Positions 40,137 through 51,940 are shown, counted from the first letter of the stretch. The stretch: DNA of 64,000 nucleotides from Polaromonas sp. (GCA_043777795.1 JAYWHJ010000090.1:2687-66686), one strand, 5' to 3'. Numbers and translations: made by a program. The notes: generated from the sequence alone by a model not told the origin.

Positions 40137-41627
40137 CTACTGAAACGCCACCTCCGCAAAGCTGCGCAGTTTTCTGCTATGCAGCTTCTCAGTGCCCTCG
40201 GCTCGCAAAATCTCCAGCGCCCGCATCCCGATGCGCAGATGCTGGTCGACCCGGTCGCGGTAAAACTGGTTGGCCATTCCGGGCAGCTTGATCTCGCCGT
40301 GCAGCGGTTTGTCTGATACACACAGCAGGGTGCCGTAGGGTACGCGAAAACGAAACCCGTTGGCGGCGATAGTGGCGCTCTCCATGTCCAGTGCAATCGC
40401 GCGGCTTTGGTTAAATCGGCGGCTCAGGTACTGTGTGCCAAGCAGCTCCCAGTTGCGGTTATCGGTACTGGCCACGGTGCCTGTGCGCATGATTTTTTTC
40501 AGATCGCTGCTGGGCAGTTGCGTAACCTCGGCCACGGCTTGCTGCATGGCCATTTGCACTTCGGCCAAGGCGGGGATGGGCACCCACAGGGGCAGGTCGT
40601 CGTCCAGCACATGGTCGTCGCGCACATAGGCATGGGCCAACACGTAGTCGCCCAGCGCCTGGCTGTTGCGCAGGCCCGCGCAGTGGCCCAGCATCAGCCA
40701 CACATGTGGGCGCAGCACGGCAATGTGGTCGGTGATGTTCTTGGCGTTGGCCGGGCCCACACCAATGTTGACCATCGTCACACCGCTGTGGTCGGCGCGC
40801 ACCAAATGGTAGGCGGGCATTTGCGGCAGGCGCGGCGGCTCCTTGCCCAGCGCATCCAACGGCTCGGCGACCAATCCCACACGGCGCGTGACCACGTTGC
40901 CCGGCTCTACAAAGGCCATGTATTCGCTGGCCGGGTTTAGCATAGCCTCGCGGCCTAGTTTGACGAATTCGTCAATGTAAAACTGGTAGTTGGTAAACAG
41001 CACGTAGTTTTGAAAATGCTCGGTAGACGTGCCGGTGTAATGGCGCAGGCGGTGCAGCGAATAGTCGGTGCGTGGTGCCGTAAACAAGCCAAGCGGTTGC
41101 GGCTGGCCCGCGCCTGTCTCGTGCGTGCCGTTGGCGATGTCGTCGTTCATGGCGCTCAGGTCGGGCAGGTCAAACACATCGCGCATCAGTGCGCGGCGTT
41201 CGGGATCCATGCTGCCTTCCAGGTGGTCATGCTCGGCAAAGGAGAAGTGCACAGGTATGGGGTGGGTGCTGGTACCTACCTCCAGGGTGCCGCCGTGGTT
41301 GGCCAACAGCAGGTTAAACTGCTTTTGCAAATAGCTTGCGTACAAGTCGGGCCGCGTAATGGTGGTTTCATACACCCCAGGGCCCTGCACAAAGCCGTAA
41401 CTGCGGCGTTTGTCAGCCGTAGCTGCCCGCGCCACACTGTGGGTGCGTAGCCGTACAAAGGGGTAGCAGGCGCGCACCTTGCTAGCTTGCAGCTGGCCTG
41501 CGACAAAAGCTTGCAGGCTAGAGCGAAGATGCCCAATGCTGTTGTCATAAATGCGCTGAACCTGCGCCAAGGCAAGGGCCGCGTCGCTGAATTGAGCGGG
41601 AGCGATAAAAGTAGGTTGTGATTGCAT
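40137..41627 (-). CDS. amn: AMP nucleosidase
   Basis: 496 aa; N-terminal AMN domain plus PNP/UDP phosphorylase domain (MLGHCAGLR..., ALDMESATIAA). Confidence 0.85.
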   Translation of the reverse strand: MQSQPTFIAPAQFSDAALALAQVQRIYDNSIGHLRSSLQAFVAGQLQASKVRACYPFVRLRTHSVARAATADKRRSYGFVQGPGVYETTITRPDLYASYLQKQFNLLLANHGGTLEVGTSTHPIPVHFSFAEHDHLEGSMDPERRALMRDVFDLPDLSAMNDDIANGTHETGAGQPQPLGLFTAPRTDYSLHRLRHYTGTSTEHFQNYVLFTNYQFYIDEFVKLGREAMLNPASEYMAFVEPGNVVTRRVGLVAEPLDALGKEPPRLPQMPAYHLVRADHSGVTMVNIGVGPANAKNITDHIAVLRPHVWLMLGHCAGLRNSQALGDYVLAHAYVRDDHVLDDDLPLWVPIPALAEVQMAMQQAVAEVTQLPSSDLKKIMRTGTVASTDNRNWELLGTQYLSRRFNQSRAIALDMESATIAANGFRFRVPYGTLLCVSDKPLHGEIKLPGMANQFYRDRVDQHLRIGMRALEILRAEGTEKLHSRKLRSFAEVAFQ

Positions 41628-42147
41628 GGGAAATCATAACCATACTTGACGGGTGTTTTGTGTCCTCAGGTTTTTGAAGATTTCTACACACTGTCATCGC
41701 TCCAAGCGGTTTGAACAGCCCGTGCAAGACATGCTTTTTCCGAACACCTGACGGTCTACACACTTACACCATCCTGGCAACTGCCAATGGGGACTACTTT
41801 CAAACCCTAGGTTCGGTGTATGGCAAAGCGAGCAGGCCATAACCAAATTTTCAGTATTGGCGAGGGCTTTTTCGGTGGTATGACGCTATATTTACAGGAA
41901 CATTTATCGCATAAATTTATTGCACTTCGGCTTGCTTTTGCTCTAAAAGTGGCTCACCAAAAGTGTCAAACCGGGACGGGCTGTGCATCCGACAACTTCA
42001 CAAACCGAACCCCGCGTGCTAACAGCTCGGGCAGCGCGACCGCAAAACCTTCAAACATCGCACCAGCGGGCCAGTAACCACCCTCTTGCGTGCGGGCGAT
42101 GCATCACGCGGTGGGCTGTTCTCGCTAAGTTGACTGTTTGCCGCCGC

Positions 42148-42190
42148 ATAAAAAAAGCCAGCTACCCAACAGGGTTAACCGGCTTTTCTT
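42148..42190 (-). terminator. Probable intrinsic terminator after the FAH gene
   Basis: Imperfect stem AAGCCGG...CTGGCTT followed by T7 on the minus strand. A second 7-bp stem (42195-42212) lies just upstream. Confidence 0.45.
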
Positions 42191-42239
42191 GAGGGGCAGC
42201 GCCGTGGCGCTGCAATAGGTCTGCAAAGCTTTGGATGGG

Positions 42240-43094
42240 CTAGGCTTTTTTGTAGGCTACCACTTTCTGGCGCTGCTCGCCCAGGCCTTCGATACCCAAG
42301 GTCATCACATCGCCCTTTTTCAGGAACTCGGGCGCGGGCTTGATACCCATGCCTACGCCCGGGGGCGTGCCGGTGATGATCACGTCGCCGGGCATCAGGG
42401 TCATGAACTGGCTGACATAGCTGACGATCTTGGCGGCGCCGAAAATCATGGTTTTGGTGTTGCCGGTTTGCATGCGCTTGCCGTTCACGTCCAGCCACAT
42501 GGCCAGCTTTTGCGGGTTGGGGATCTCGTCGGTGGTGACCAGCCAAGGACCCAGCGGGCCGAAGGTGTCGCAGCCTTTGCCCTTATCCCACTGCGGGCCG
42601 CGCTCTAGCTGGTATTCACGCTCGCTCACGTCGTTGGACAGGGCGTAGCCTGCTACGTAACTGAGCGCGTCTTTCTGGCTGACATACGATGCCTTGGTGC
42701 CGATGACGATGGCCAGTTCGACTTCCCAGTCGCCTTTGACGGAGTTTTTAGGCAACATCACGTCGTCGTTGGGCCCCTGGATGCAGCTGATGGCTTTCAT
42801 GAACACGATGGGTTCTTTAGGAATCGCCATGCCCGCTTCTTTGGCGTGGTCAGAGTAGTTCAGGCCGATGGCGATGAACTTGCCAATGCCAGCGACTGGA
42901 CAGCCCATGCGGGGCTTGCCACGTACAGCGGGCAATTTATCGGTTTTCACCTTGGCGATTTTTTTGAGCACAGCGTCACTCAGTTGTGCTGCGCCGATGT
43001 CGGGCACCACCGCGCTGAGGTCACGCAGCACACCTTGCGCGTCGATGATGCCGGGCTTTTCTTTGCCGGGGTTGCCGTAACGAACGAGTTTCAT
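42240..43094 (-). CDS. Fumarylacetoacetate hydrolase (FAH) family protein
   Basis: MKLVRYGNPGKEKPGIID...GLNYSDHAKE...GDVIITGTPPGVG; AGGAGA upstream of ATG 43094. Confidence 0.8.
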   Translation of the reverse strand: MKLVRYGNPGKEKPGIIDAQGVLRDLSAVVPDIGAAQLSDAVLKKIAKVKTDKLPAVRGKPRMGCPVAGIGKFIAIGLNYSDHAKEAGMAIPKEPIVFMKAISCIQGPNDDVMLPKNSVKGDWEVELAIVIGTKASYVSQKDALSYVAGYALSNDVSEREYQLERGPQWDKGKGCDTFGPLGPWLVTTDEIPNPQKLAMWLDVNGKRMQTGNTKTMIFGAAKIVSYVSQFMTLMPGDVIITGTPPGVGMGIKPAPEFLKKGDVMTLGIEGLGEQRQKVVAYKKA

Positions 43095-43128
43095 ATATCT
43101 CCTGCTTAGTGAAAGATGATGGGAAAAG

Positions 43129-43872
43129 TTAGTAAGTTGCGCGACCGCCTGACAAGTCAAACACCGCGCCGGTCGAGAACGAGCACTCTTCGGTGCACAG
43201 CCAGGCCACCATGGCGGCAATCTCTTGCACTTCGCCAAAGCGGGCCATCGGTATTTTAGACAGCATGAAGTCGATGTGCGCTTGCGTCATTTGGTCAAAC
43301 ATCGCCGTTTTTATGGCGGCAGGCGTGACGCAGTTAACGCGCATACCTGTGGTGGCCAGCTCTTTGCCCAGCGATTTGGTCAGCGCAATCACGGCGGCCT
43401 TGCTGGCGCTGTAGGCGCTCGCGTTGGGATTGCCTTCTTTGCCTGCCACCGAGGCGATGTTGACAATGCGGCCGTAATTGCGCTTGCGCATCAAGGCAGA
43501 TACTTCGCGGCAGCAGTAGAACAGGCCGTGCACGTTGATGTCGAATACGCTTTTCCAGTCATCTACCGGGTAGTCGGCCAGCGGTACGTTTGGGCCTGTA
43601 ATGCCTGCGCTATTGACCAGAATGTCCACGGGGGCATGCTGCTCAGTGGTGGTGGCGGCGCGGGCTACGTCGGCGTGATCGGCCACGTTCACCCGCACGG
43701 TGTGCACGCTACTGCCGAGCAGGTCTTTGGCTTTTTGCAGCGCCGCGTCGTCCCGGTCCCACAGCGTGAGCCGTGCGCCCGAGGCCAGCATGCGCTGGGC
43801 AATGGCCAGGCCAATGCCCGATGCGCCGCCGGTGATGATGGCGTGGCGTTTTTGCAGATCTAGTTGGTTCAT
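43129..43872 (-). CDS. SDR family oxidoreductase
   Basis: AIITGGASGIGLA...YSASKAAV; the ATG overlaps the upstream SDR stop (ATGA). Confidence 0.8.
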   Translation of the reverse strand: MNQLDLQKRHAIITGGASGIGLAIAQRMLASGARLTLWDRDDAALQKAKDLLGSSVHTVRVNVADHADVARAATTTEQHAPVDILVNSAGITGPNVPLADYPVDDWKSVFDINVHGLFYCCREVSALMRKRNYGRIVNIASVAGKEGNPNASAYSASKAAVIALTKSLGKELATTGMRVNCVTPAAIKTAMFDQMTQAHIDFMLSKIPMARFGEVQEIAAMVAWLCTEECSFSTGAVFDLSGGRATY

Positions 43873-44603
43873 ATGGTCATGCCTCCGTCAACAGAAAATA
43901 CCTGGCCGGTGGCAAACACCGATTCATCGCTGGCCAGGTAGACCACGATGGGCGCAATCTCGGGTGCTTGCGCCAAGCGGCCCATGGGCTGGCGGGCGAT
44001 AAAGTTTTTACGTGCTTCAATAGGGTCGGCGTAGCTGTTGATACGGTCACCCAGCGAGGGCGTGTCGACCGTGCCCGGCGCAATCGCATTGCAGCGAATG
44101 CCTTGGGCCACATAGTCGGCTGCGACGGATTTGGTCAGCCCCACCACGGCTGCTTTGCTGGCACCGTAGGCAAAGCGATTGGGCAAACCTTTGAGGCTGC
44201 CGCACACGCTGGCCATGTTGATAATGCTGCCGCCGCCATGGGCCAGCATCTTGGGCAGGGCGGCTTGGATCATCCAAAACTGGGCCCGCACATTCAGGTT
44301 AAAGGCAAAGTTCCACTCGTCGTCCGTGGCTTGCAAAATAGACCCGTTATGCACAAAGCCAGCGCAGTTAAACAGCACATTCAAGGGCGGGGCCTCGTTG
44401 ACTACCGCGGTAATCGCCGCTTTGTCCAACACATCCAGCACTTGGGTGCGAATATTGGCGATGCCCTGGTAGCTTTGCAGGAGCTGGGGATTCACATCGG
44501 TGGCAATCACCTGCGCGCCTTCGCGCGCCATGGCCAGGGCACAGGCCTTGCCTATGCCTTGCCCGGCGGCGGTGATGAGGGCGGTTTTACCTTGTAGTCT
44601 CAT
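43869..44603 (-). CDS. SDR family oxidoreductase
   Basis: GKTALITAAGQGIGKA...YGASKAAVVGLTKS; start 44603 or 44633. Confidence 0.75.
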   Translation of the reverse strand: MRLQGKTALITAAGQGIGKACALAMAREGAQVIATDVNPQLLQSYQGIANIRTQVLDVLDKAAITAVVNEAPPLNVLFNCAGFVHNGSILQATDDEWNFAFNLNVRAQFWMIQAALPKMLAHGGGSIINMASVCGSLKGLPNRFAYGASKAAVVGLTKSVAADYVAQGIRCNAIAPGTVDTPSLGDRINSYADPIEARKNFIARQPMGRLAQAPEIAPIVVYLASDESVFATGQVFSVDGGMTI

Positions 44604-44705
44604 AGGGTACAACGTGTATTTGCGGTAATGCATATCATAATACCATTAGAAATAGGCGCTACGTGATGGTGATGCGAGCGCGACTTGAACAAGGTATTGC
44701 CTCCT

Positions 44706-46232
44706 ATGAATTCATTTATCCAACTCCATCCCGCTGACGACGTGGTGATAGCCCGCTCGCAAATTGTGGGCGGCTCGCAGTTCAATGGCATCACCACGCG
44801 TGGCTTGATTCCCGCCGGGCACAAAGTGGCTGTGCATGCCATCGCTGCGGGCAGCCCGGTGCGCCGCTACAACCAGATCATTGGTTTTGCGACCAAGCCG
44901 ATTGCCGCTGGCGAGCATGTGCACACGCAGAACCTGGGCATGGGCGACAACAAGGGCGACTTTGCGCGCGACTATGCTTTTGGTGCAGATGTGAAGCCCG
45001 CCGCTGCTCTGCGCGAGGCCAGCTTTATGGGCATCAAGCGTGCCGATGGCCGTGTGGCCACGCGCAACTACATTGGTATCTTGAGCAGCGTCAATTGCTC
45101 GGCCACCGCCGCACGCGCCATTGCTGACCATTTCAACCGTCAAACCAACCCGTCAGCCTTGGCAGGCTTTGACAATATAGACGGCATCGTGGCCCTTACG
45201 CACGGCACGGGTTGTGGCATGGACACCGATGGAACGGGCATGCAGATTTTGCAGCGCACGCTGGCGGGCTACGCCACGCATGCCAACTTTGCTGGCATCT
45301 TGGTGGTGGGGCTAGGCTGCGAGTCGAACCAAATCAACGCCTGGCTGGCCAACAGCAGTCTGCGTGAGGGCGACACGCTTAAAGTCTTTAGCATCCAGGA
45401 CACGGGCGGCACGCGAAAGACGGTGGACAAAGGCATTGCGCTGATCAAAGCCATGTTGCCCAACGCCAATGCCGTCAAACGCGAGCCGTGCAGCGCAACG
45501 CACATCACCATTGGCTTGCAATGCGGCGGCAGTGATGGCTACAGCGGCATCAGCGCCAACCCGGCACTCGGCGTGGCCGTGGATTTGCTGGTGGCGCATG
45601 GCGGCACGGCCATCCTGTCGGAGACTCCCGAGATATACGGCGCCGAACACCTGCTAACCCGCCGCGCGGTGCGCCGCGAAGTGGGTGAAAAACTCATTGA
45701 ACGCATCAAGTGGTGGGAGCATTACACCGCCATCAATGAGGGCGAGATGAATAACAACCCTTCGCCCGGCAACAAGGCGGGGGGCTTGACGACGATTTTG
45801 GAAAAATCATTGGGCGCAGTGGCCAAAGGCGGCACCAGCAACTTGCAGGCCGTGGTGGAATACGCCGAGACGGTAAGGGACAAAGGCTTCATTTACATGG
45901 ACACGCCCGGCTACGACCCGGTCAGCGCCACAGGCCAAGTGGCAGGCGGTGCCAACATGATTTGCTTTACAACAGGGCGCGGCAGCGCCTACGGCTGCGC
46001 GCCCTCGCCATCTCTGAAGCTGGCTACCAACACCGCGCTGTGGCAGCGCCAGGAAGAAGACATGGACATCAACTGCGGCGAGATCATCGACGGCGCGGCC
46101 ACCGTGCAAGAGATGGGGCAACGCATTTTTGACCTGGTGCTGGCCACCGCATCGGGCGCGCAGAGCAAGAGCGAACAACACGGCTACGGGCAAAACGAGT
46201 TTGTGCCCTGGCAAGTGGGCGCTGTGATGTGA
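44706..46232 (+). CDS. UxaA-family sugar-acid dehydratase (altronate/galactarate dehydratase-like)
   Basis: SAF N-domain (IQLHPADDVVIA) plus GD_AH C-domain (LTHGTGCG, GLQCGGSDGYSGI, FTTGRGS). Confidence 0.75.
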   Translation: MNSFIQLHPADDVVIARSQIVGGSQFNGITTRGLIPAGHKVAVHAIAAGSPVRRYNQIIGFATKPIAAGEHVHTQNLGMGDNKGDFARDYAFGADVKPAAALREASFMGIKRADGRVATRNYIGILSSVNCSATAARAIADHFNRQTNPSALAGFDNIDGIVALTHGTGCGMDTDGTGMQILQRTLAGYATHANFAGILVVGLGCESNQINAWLANSSLREGDTLKVFSIQDTGGTRKTVDKGIALIKAMLPNANAVKREPCSATHITIGLQCGGSDGYSGISANPALGVAVDLLVAHGGTAILSETPEIYGAEHLLTRRAVRREVGEKLIERIKWWEHYTAINEGEMNNNPSPGNKAGGLTTILEKSLGAVAKGGTSNLQAVVEYAETVRDKGFIYMDTPGYDPVSATGQVAGGANMICFTTGRGSAYGCAPSPSLKLATNTALWQRQEEDMDINCGEIIDGAATVQEMGQRIFDLVLATASGAQSKSEQHGYGQNEFVPWQVGAVM

Positions 46233-46246
46233 TAGCAGGAGAAAAT

Positions 46247-47335
46247 ATGTCAACAAAAATTTCAGCACCCTCATTACGGGCGCAAGCAGCTAGTATATTT
46301 ATAGCGGCTGGCAGCACACCCGAAGAAGCCCAAGCCGTTGCCAATAATCTGGTGATGGCGAACCTGAGTGGCCACGACTCGCATGGCGTGGGCATGATCG
46401 CCCGCTACATCGACGCGGTACTGGAAGGCGGCTTGCATCCCAACACCGGCGTGAAAGTGCAGCTCGACATCGGCACCCTGCTCAGCCTGGATGGTCAGCG
46501 CGGTTACGGCCAGGTAGTGGGCGAGCAGGCCATGCAGCTGGGCATTGCGCGCGCCAAACAGCACGGCAGTTGCATCATGACCTTGGCCAACGCGCACCAC
46601 CTGGGCCGCATTGGGCATTGGGCCGAGATGGCGGTGGCGCAAGGCTTGGTGTCGATGCACTTTGTCAACGTGCTGTCCCGCCCCGTGGTGGCTGCGTATG
46701 GCGGCACCGATGGGCGCTTTGGTACCAACCCATGCTGTATTGGTGTGCCGCTTAAAAGCCAGTCACCTTTCATTTTAGATTTTGCTACCAGCCGTGTTGC
46801 GCAGGGCAAGATGCGCGTGGCGCACAACGAGGGGCGACGCGTGGAGCCAGGCTTTTTGATCGACGCGCAAGGCAAACCGACAACCGACCCCGGCGTGGTG
46901 GTAGTACCGCAGCCCAACGCACAAGGCGTGATCGACCCGGCCAATACGCTGCTGGGCGCTTTACTGGCGTTTGGAGAGCATAAAGGCTCCGGCCTGGCGG
47001 TGGCCTGCGAGCTGCTGGGCGGCGCACTGACTGGGGGGGGCACCTGGCACCGCCCAGCTGACGCCAGGCGCGCCGTGCTCAACGGCATGCTGACGGTGCT
47101 GATTGACCCTGCCAAGCTGGGCACGCAAGCCGCGTTTGAAACCGAGGCCACTGCCTTTGTCGATTGGCTCAAAGCCAGCCCGCCACAAACGGGTGTGGAT
47201 GAGGTGCAAATAGGCGGCGAGCCCGAGCGCGCCTACCGCATTGCGCGCGAACGTGATGGCATCCGTATTGATGCAACGACGTGGCAGGAGATTGTGGACG
47301 CAGGACGCAAGGTCGGCGTACAGATTGAGAGCTAA
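46247..47335 (+). CDS. Ldh2-family (malate/L-lactate dehydrogenase 2) oxidoreductase
   Basis: MANLSGHDSHGVGMIARY..., FGEHKGSGLAV; AGGAGA upstream of the ATG. Confidence 0.7.
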   Translation: MSTKISAPSLRAQAASIFIAAGSTPEEAQAVANNLVMANLSGHDSHGVGMIARYIDAVLEGGLHPNTGVKVQLDIGTLLSLDGQRGYGQVVGEQAMQLGIARAKQHGSCIMTLANAHHLGRIGHWAEMAVAQGLVSMHFVNVLSRPVVAAYGGTDGRFGTNPCCIGVPLKSQSPFILDFATSRVAQGKMRVAHNEGRRVEPGFLIDAQGKPTTDPGVVVVPQPNAQGVIDPANTLLGALLAFGEHKGSGLAVACELLGGALTGGGTWHRPADARRAVLNGMLTVLIDPAKLGTQAAFETEATAFVDWLKASPPQTGVDEVQIGGEPERAYRIARERDGIRIDATTWQEIVDAGRKVGVQIES

Positions 47336-47337
47336 AT

Positions 47338-47387
47338 CTTGCTTCAGCGCAATGAAATATTGCGGGAGCAGCTTCTAAAATTGTAGC
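47338..47387 (+). repeat. Family-A repeat copy, intergenic (Ldh2/slmA convergent gap)
   Basis: CTTGCTTCAGCGCAATGAAATATTGCGGGAGCAGCTTCTAAAATTGTAGC. Confidence 0.75.
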
Positions 47388-47394
47388 AATTTGG

Positions 47395-48045
47395 CTACAG
47401 CAATACAGCCAAACTGACCTCCAGATGCTCGGTAGGTAGGCGCTTAAAGCCCGAGCGGGCAAAGCGCTGCAAGCGGCCAATGCAAAACGCCGTGAGCACA
47501 GAAGCCCGGGCCTGCGCGTCGACGCTTGGTGTGGCTGAGCCCGCTGTGTCAGCGGCTTCGCGCAATGACTGTTTAAAGCCTGACTCCAGCTTGTCAAACA
47601 ACTGGTTCATGCGCTGCTGCAGACGCTCGTTTTCAAATACCAATGCGTCGCCCACCATCACGCGGGTCATGCCCGGGTTCTTCTCGCCAAACTGCAACAG
47701 CATGCTGATGGTTTTGGCGAGGCGCGCGGCAGGTTGCGTCTCACGCTCGTTAATTTGGTTGACCAGGCCAAAGACGGTCTGCTCGACAAACTCGATCAGG
47801 CCCTCGAACATTTGCGCCTTGCTTGCAAAGTGCCGGTACAGCGCCGCCTCCGACACGTCCAGCTTGGCGGCCAGGGCGGCGGTGGTCACGCGCTCGGCAC
47901 CCGGTTGCTCCAGCATGGTGGCCAAGGCCTGCAAAATTTGCACCCGCCGCTCGCCTGGCTTGGGGCGTTTGCGGGTGGAGGCCTCTGCGCCCTCCACAGG
48001 GGTGGTGGCTGCGAATTCGGGAGAGCTGGTCGTTACTTCGGGCAT
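47395..48045 (-). CDS. slmA: TetR-family nucleoid occlusion factor SlmA-like
   Basis: KRPKPGERRVQILQALATMLEQPGAERVTTAALAAKLDVSEAALYRHFASKAQMFEGLIEF closely matches my recollection of SlmA. Confidence 0.65.
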   Translation of the reverse strand: MPEVTTSSPEFAATTPVEGAEASTRKRPKPGERRVQILQALATMLEQPGAERVTTAALAAKLDVSEAALYRHFASKAQMFEGLIEFVEQTVFGLVNQINERETQPAARLAKTISMLLQFGEKNPGMTRVMVGDALVFENERLQQRMNQLFDKLESGFKQSLREAADTAGSATPSVDAQARASVLTAFCIGRLQRFARSGFKRLPTEHLEVSLAVLL

Positions 48046-48143
48046 GGTTTTACGGCTGTTTGCAATGATTCTCTCACAGTGCCAAGTCAGCGAGCCCGCT
48101 TACTGCGCCCGAATACCTCGGGTAAACGTGGGTGCGTCTTAGG

Positions 48144-49640
48144 CTAAGGGGCGGTTGGATAAGGCAACGCGGCGGCCAGCAGCACACTCACGCATAGACC
48201 TCGGCCCGGCAGGGGGCCCGCCGCGTCTCGCCCCGGCTCGCCCTGCCCTAAAGTGCCATCGCCGAGCTGCAATTGGGTGCCATGCAAGCGCGCAATCTCG
48301 TCCGCGATGGCCAAGCCCAAACCGGTGCCCTCGCCTTTGGTGCCTTGCACACGGTAAAAGCGCTCCAGCACGCGGCTACGCTCGTCTGGCGCAATACCGG
48401 GGCCGTCGTCGCACACTTGCAGCGCGATACCGGCTTGCGTGCGCTGGCAACGCAGCGTCACGCAGCCTCCTGCAGGCGTATAACGGATCGCGTTGTCGCA
48501 CAGATTGGTGAGTAGCTCGCGCAGCAGCCATTCATGGCCCGGCACCACCAGCGCGCCATGGCTGGCGTCGATGTCCAGGCCCAAGTCAATGCCCTTGGCG
48601 GTCGCATCATCCAGTTGCTGCTCCAGTACTACGGCGCACAAGGCTTGCAGGTCTACGCTTTGCATCGGCTGGGCGGCGGCGGACTGGGCGTCAGCCCGCG
48701 ACAGAGCGAGCAGTTGGTTCGCCAATTGCGAAGTGCGGCGCGTAGCGTGGCGCAGGCGGTTAATTTCTGATGCTCCTAATTGAATAGCTGCTCCCGCAAT
48801 ATTTTGTTGGCCTACAGGCACTTTACCTGTATAAACCTGAGCTTGAGGAGCATTGACGGCCTGCGCCCAGGCCTCTACCTGCGCTTGCAGACCCGCCAAG
48901 GGGGTACGCAGTTGGTGCGCGGCATCCGCCACAAAGCGGCGTTGCGATTCGGCCTGCGCGTTGACCAATGCGAACAGGCGATTGAGCGATTCCACCAGCG
49001 GACGGACCTCGTCGGGCGAGCGGCTGGCATCCAGCGCGCTCAGGTCGCGCGGCGACCGGTTTTCCAGCGCTTCTTTCAGTTCGATCAAGGGCCGTAAAGC
49101 ACGCTGCACCGCCCAGTTCACGGCCAGTGCTGCGGCGATGATGAGCAGCAAATTAGGCAGTAGCACTTTGAGCAGCAGCGAGCGCACCCAGTTTTGCCGA
49201 GCGTCTGAGCCATCAGCCAGCATCACCACCAGCTCACCTGCCGGGGTGCGCGCGCGTTGTGCCACGATGCGGTAAGTCACCCCCTCAAAAAATTGGCTAT
49301 GAAACTCAGAGTCGTTGGTAGAAGGAGTCGGGGTGGCCAACCAGGCCGGCCCGAGCAACATGCGGCCATCCAGCGTGCTCACACCCCAGGCGGACAGGCT
49401 TTGGCGGGTACGCATAAAGTCTTCTATGGCGGGGGCCAGCAGTATCACTGGTGGGCCTAGCGGTGCCCGGCCTTCGGCCACCACCGAGCCTACGACCAGC
49501 GGCACTAAGCGCTGCAACTGCTCGTCTTGCAGCAAAGCCGCGCTGCCTGCAGTTTGGTAGTCAAACCAAGCGCTGACGCAGGCCAATACGGCCAAGGGCA
49601 GCAGCAGCAAAACCAGCAAACGGCGGCGCAGGCCCGCCAT
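48144..49640 (-). CDS. Sensor histidine kinase (TCS 1)
   Basis: TM-periplasmic-TM, HAMP, H-box AAHQLRTPLAGL, N/G boxes (DNAIRYTP, DDGPGI, GTGLGLAI). Start uncertain (49640/49697/49739). Confidence 0.8.
   Translation of the reverse strand: MAGLRRRLLVLLLLPLAVLACVSAWFDYQTAGSAALLQDEQLQRLVPLVVGSVVAEGRAPLGPPVILLAPAIEDFMRTRQSLSAWGVSTLDGRMLLGPAWLATPTPSTNDSEFHSQFFEGVTYRIVAQRARTPAGELVVMLADGSDARQNWVRSLLLKVLLPNLLLIIAAALAVNWAVQRALRPLIELKEALENRSPRDLSALDASRSPDEVRPLVESLNRLFALVNAQAESQRRFVADAAHQLRTPLAGLQAQVEAWAQAVNAPQAQVYTGKVPVGQQNIAGAAIQLGASEINRLRHATRRTSQLANQLLALSRADAQSAAAQPMQSVDLQALCAVVLEQQLDDATAKGIDLGLDIDASHGALVVPGHEWLLRELLTNLCDNAIRYTPAGGCVTLRCQRTQAGIALQVCDDGPGIAPDERSRVLERFYRVQGTKGEGTGLGLAIADEIARLHGTQLQLGDGTLGQGEPGRDAAGPLPGRGLCVSVLLAAALPYPTAP
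48772..48820 (-). repeat. Family-A repeat copy inside the TCS-1 kinase gene
   Basis: GCTCCTAATTGAATAGCTGCTCCCGCAATATTTTGTTGGCCTACAGGCA; read as PVGQQNIAGAAIQLGA. Confidence 0.8.
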
Positions 49641-49683
49641 GACACCCGTGGGCGACGAAGGGCTGAACCGACCCCGGCCGGCT

Positions 49684-50375
<692 letters not shown>

Positions 50376-50379
<4 letters not shown>

Positions 50380-50482
50380 AGATTTGTAAGTTGGGGTCAG
50401 ATCAAAATTCAGGAAAGTAACGTCATCGGAGACTATTGAGCATACCGAAATTTTGCTCTGACCCCAAGTTGCAAATCTATGC
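50376..50482. repeat. 107-bp palindromic element (34-bp arms, 38-nt loop)
   Basis: GCATAGATTTGTAAGTTGGGGTCAGATCAAAATT (50376-50409) matches the reverse complement of 50449-50482 at 31/34 positions (manual). The left arm contains the response-regulator start codon. Confidence 0.8.
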
Positions 50483-50512
50483 GTAGATTTCGCTTGCGGA
50501 ATCTGGCGCGGC

Positions 50513-51752
<1,240 letters not shown>

Positions 51753-51940
51753 CGTGGTGCGCGCTTAGAGCCGGCTGGTTGCTGCTTCGATCTGCTCACG
51801 GCGCCTGAGTCTATGTGGAACGCGAGATCAGCATGCATTGCAAAATGCCTAAAAGTCAGATATCAAACCTACCTGAAAATGGTGTAAATTTAGATCGAAC
51901 TCTGCAATTTTTCGCAGATGATTGATATCTACAGAAAACC

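Noticed and set aside
41820-42077. 85-aa ORF in the amn/FAH spacer as a real gene
   Set aside because: It has no SD, atypical composition for this genome and no recognisable motif. It is kept only as part of the gap observation.
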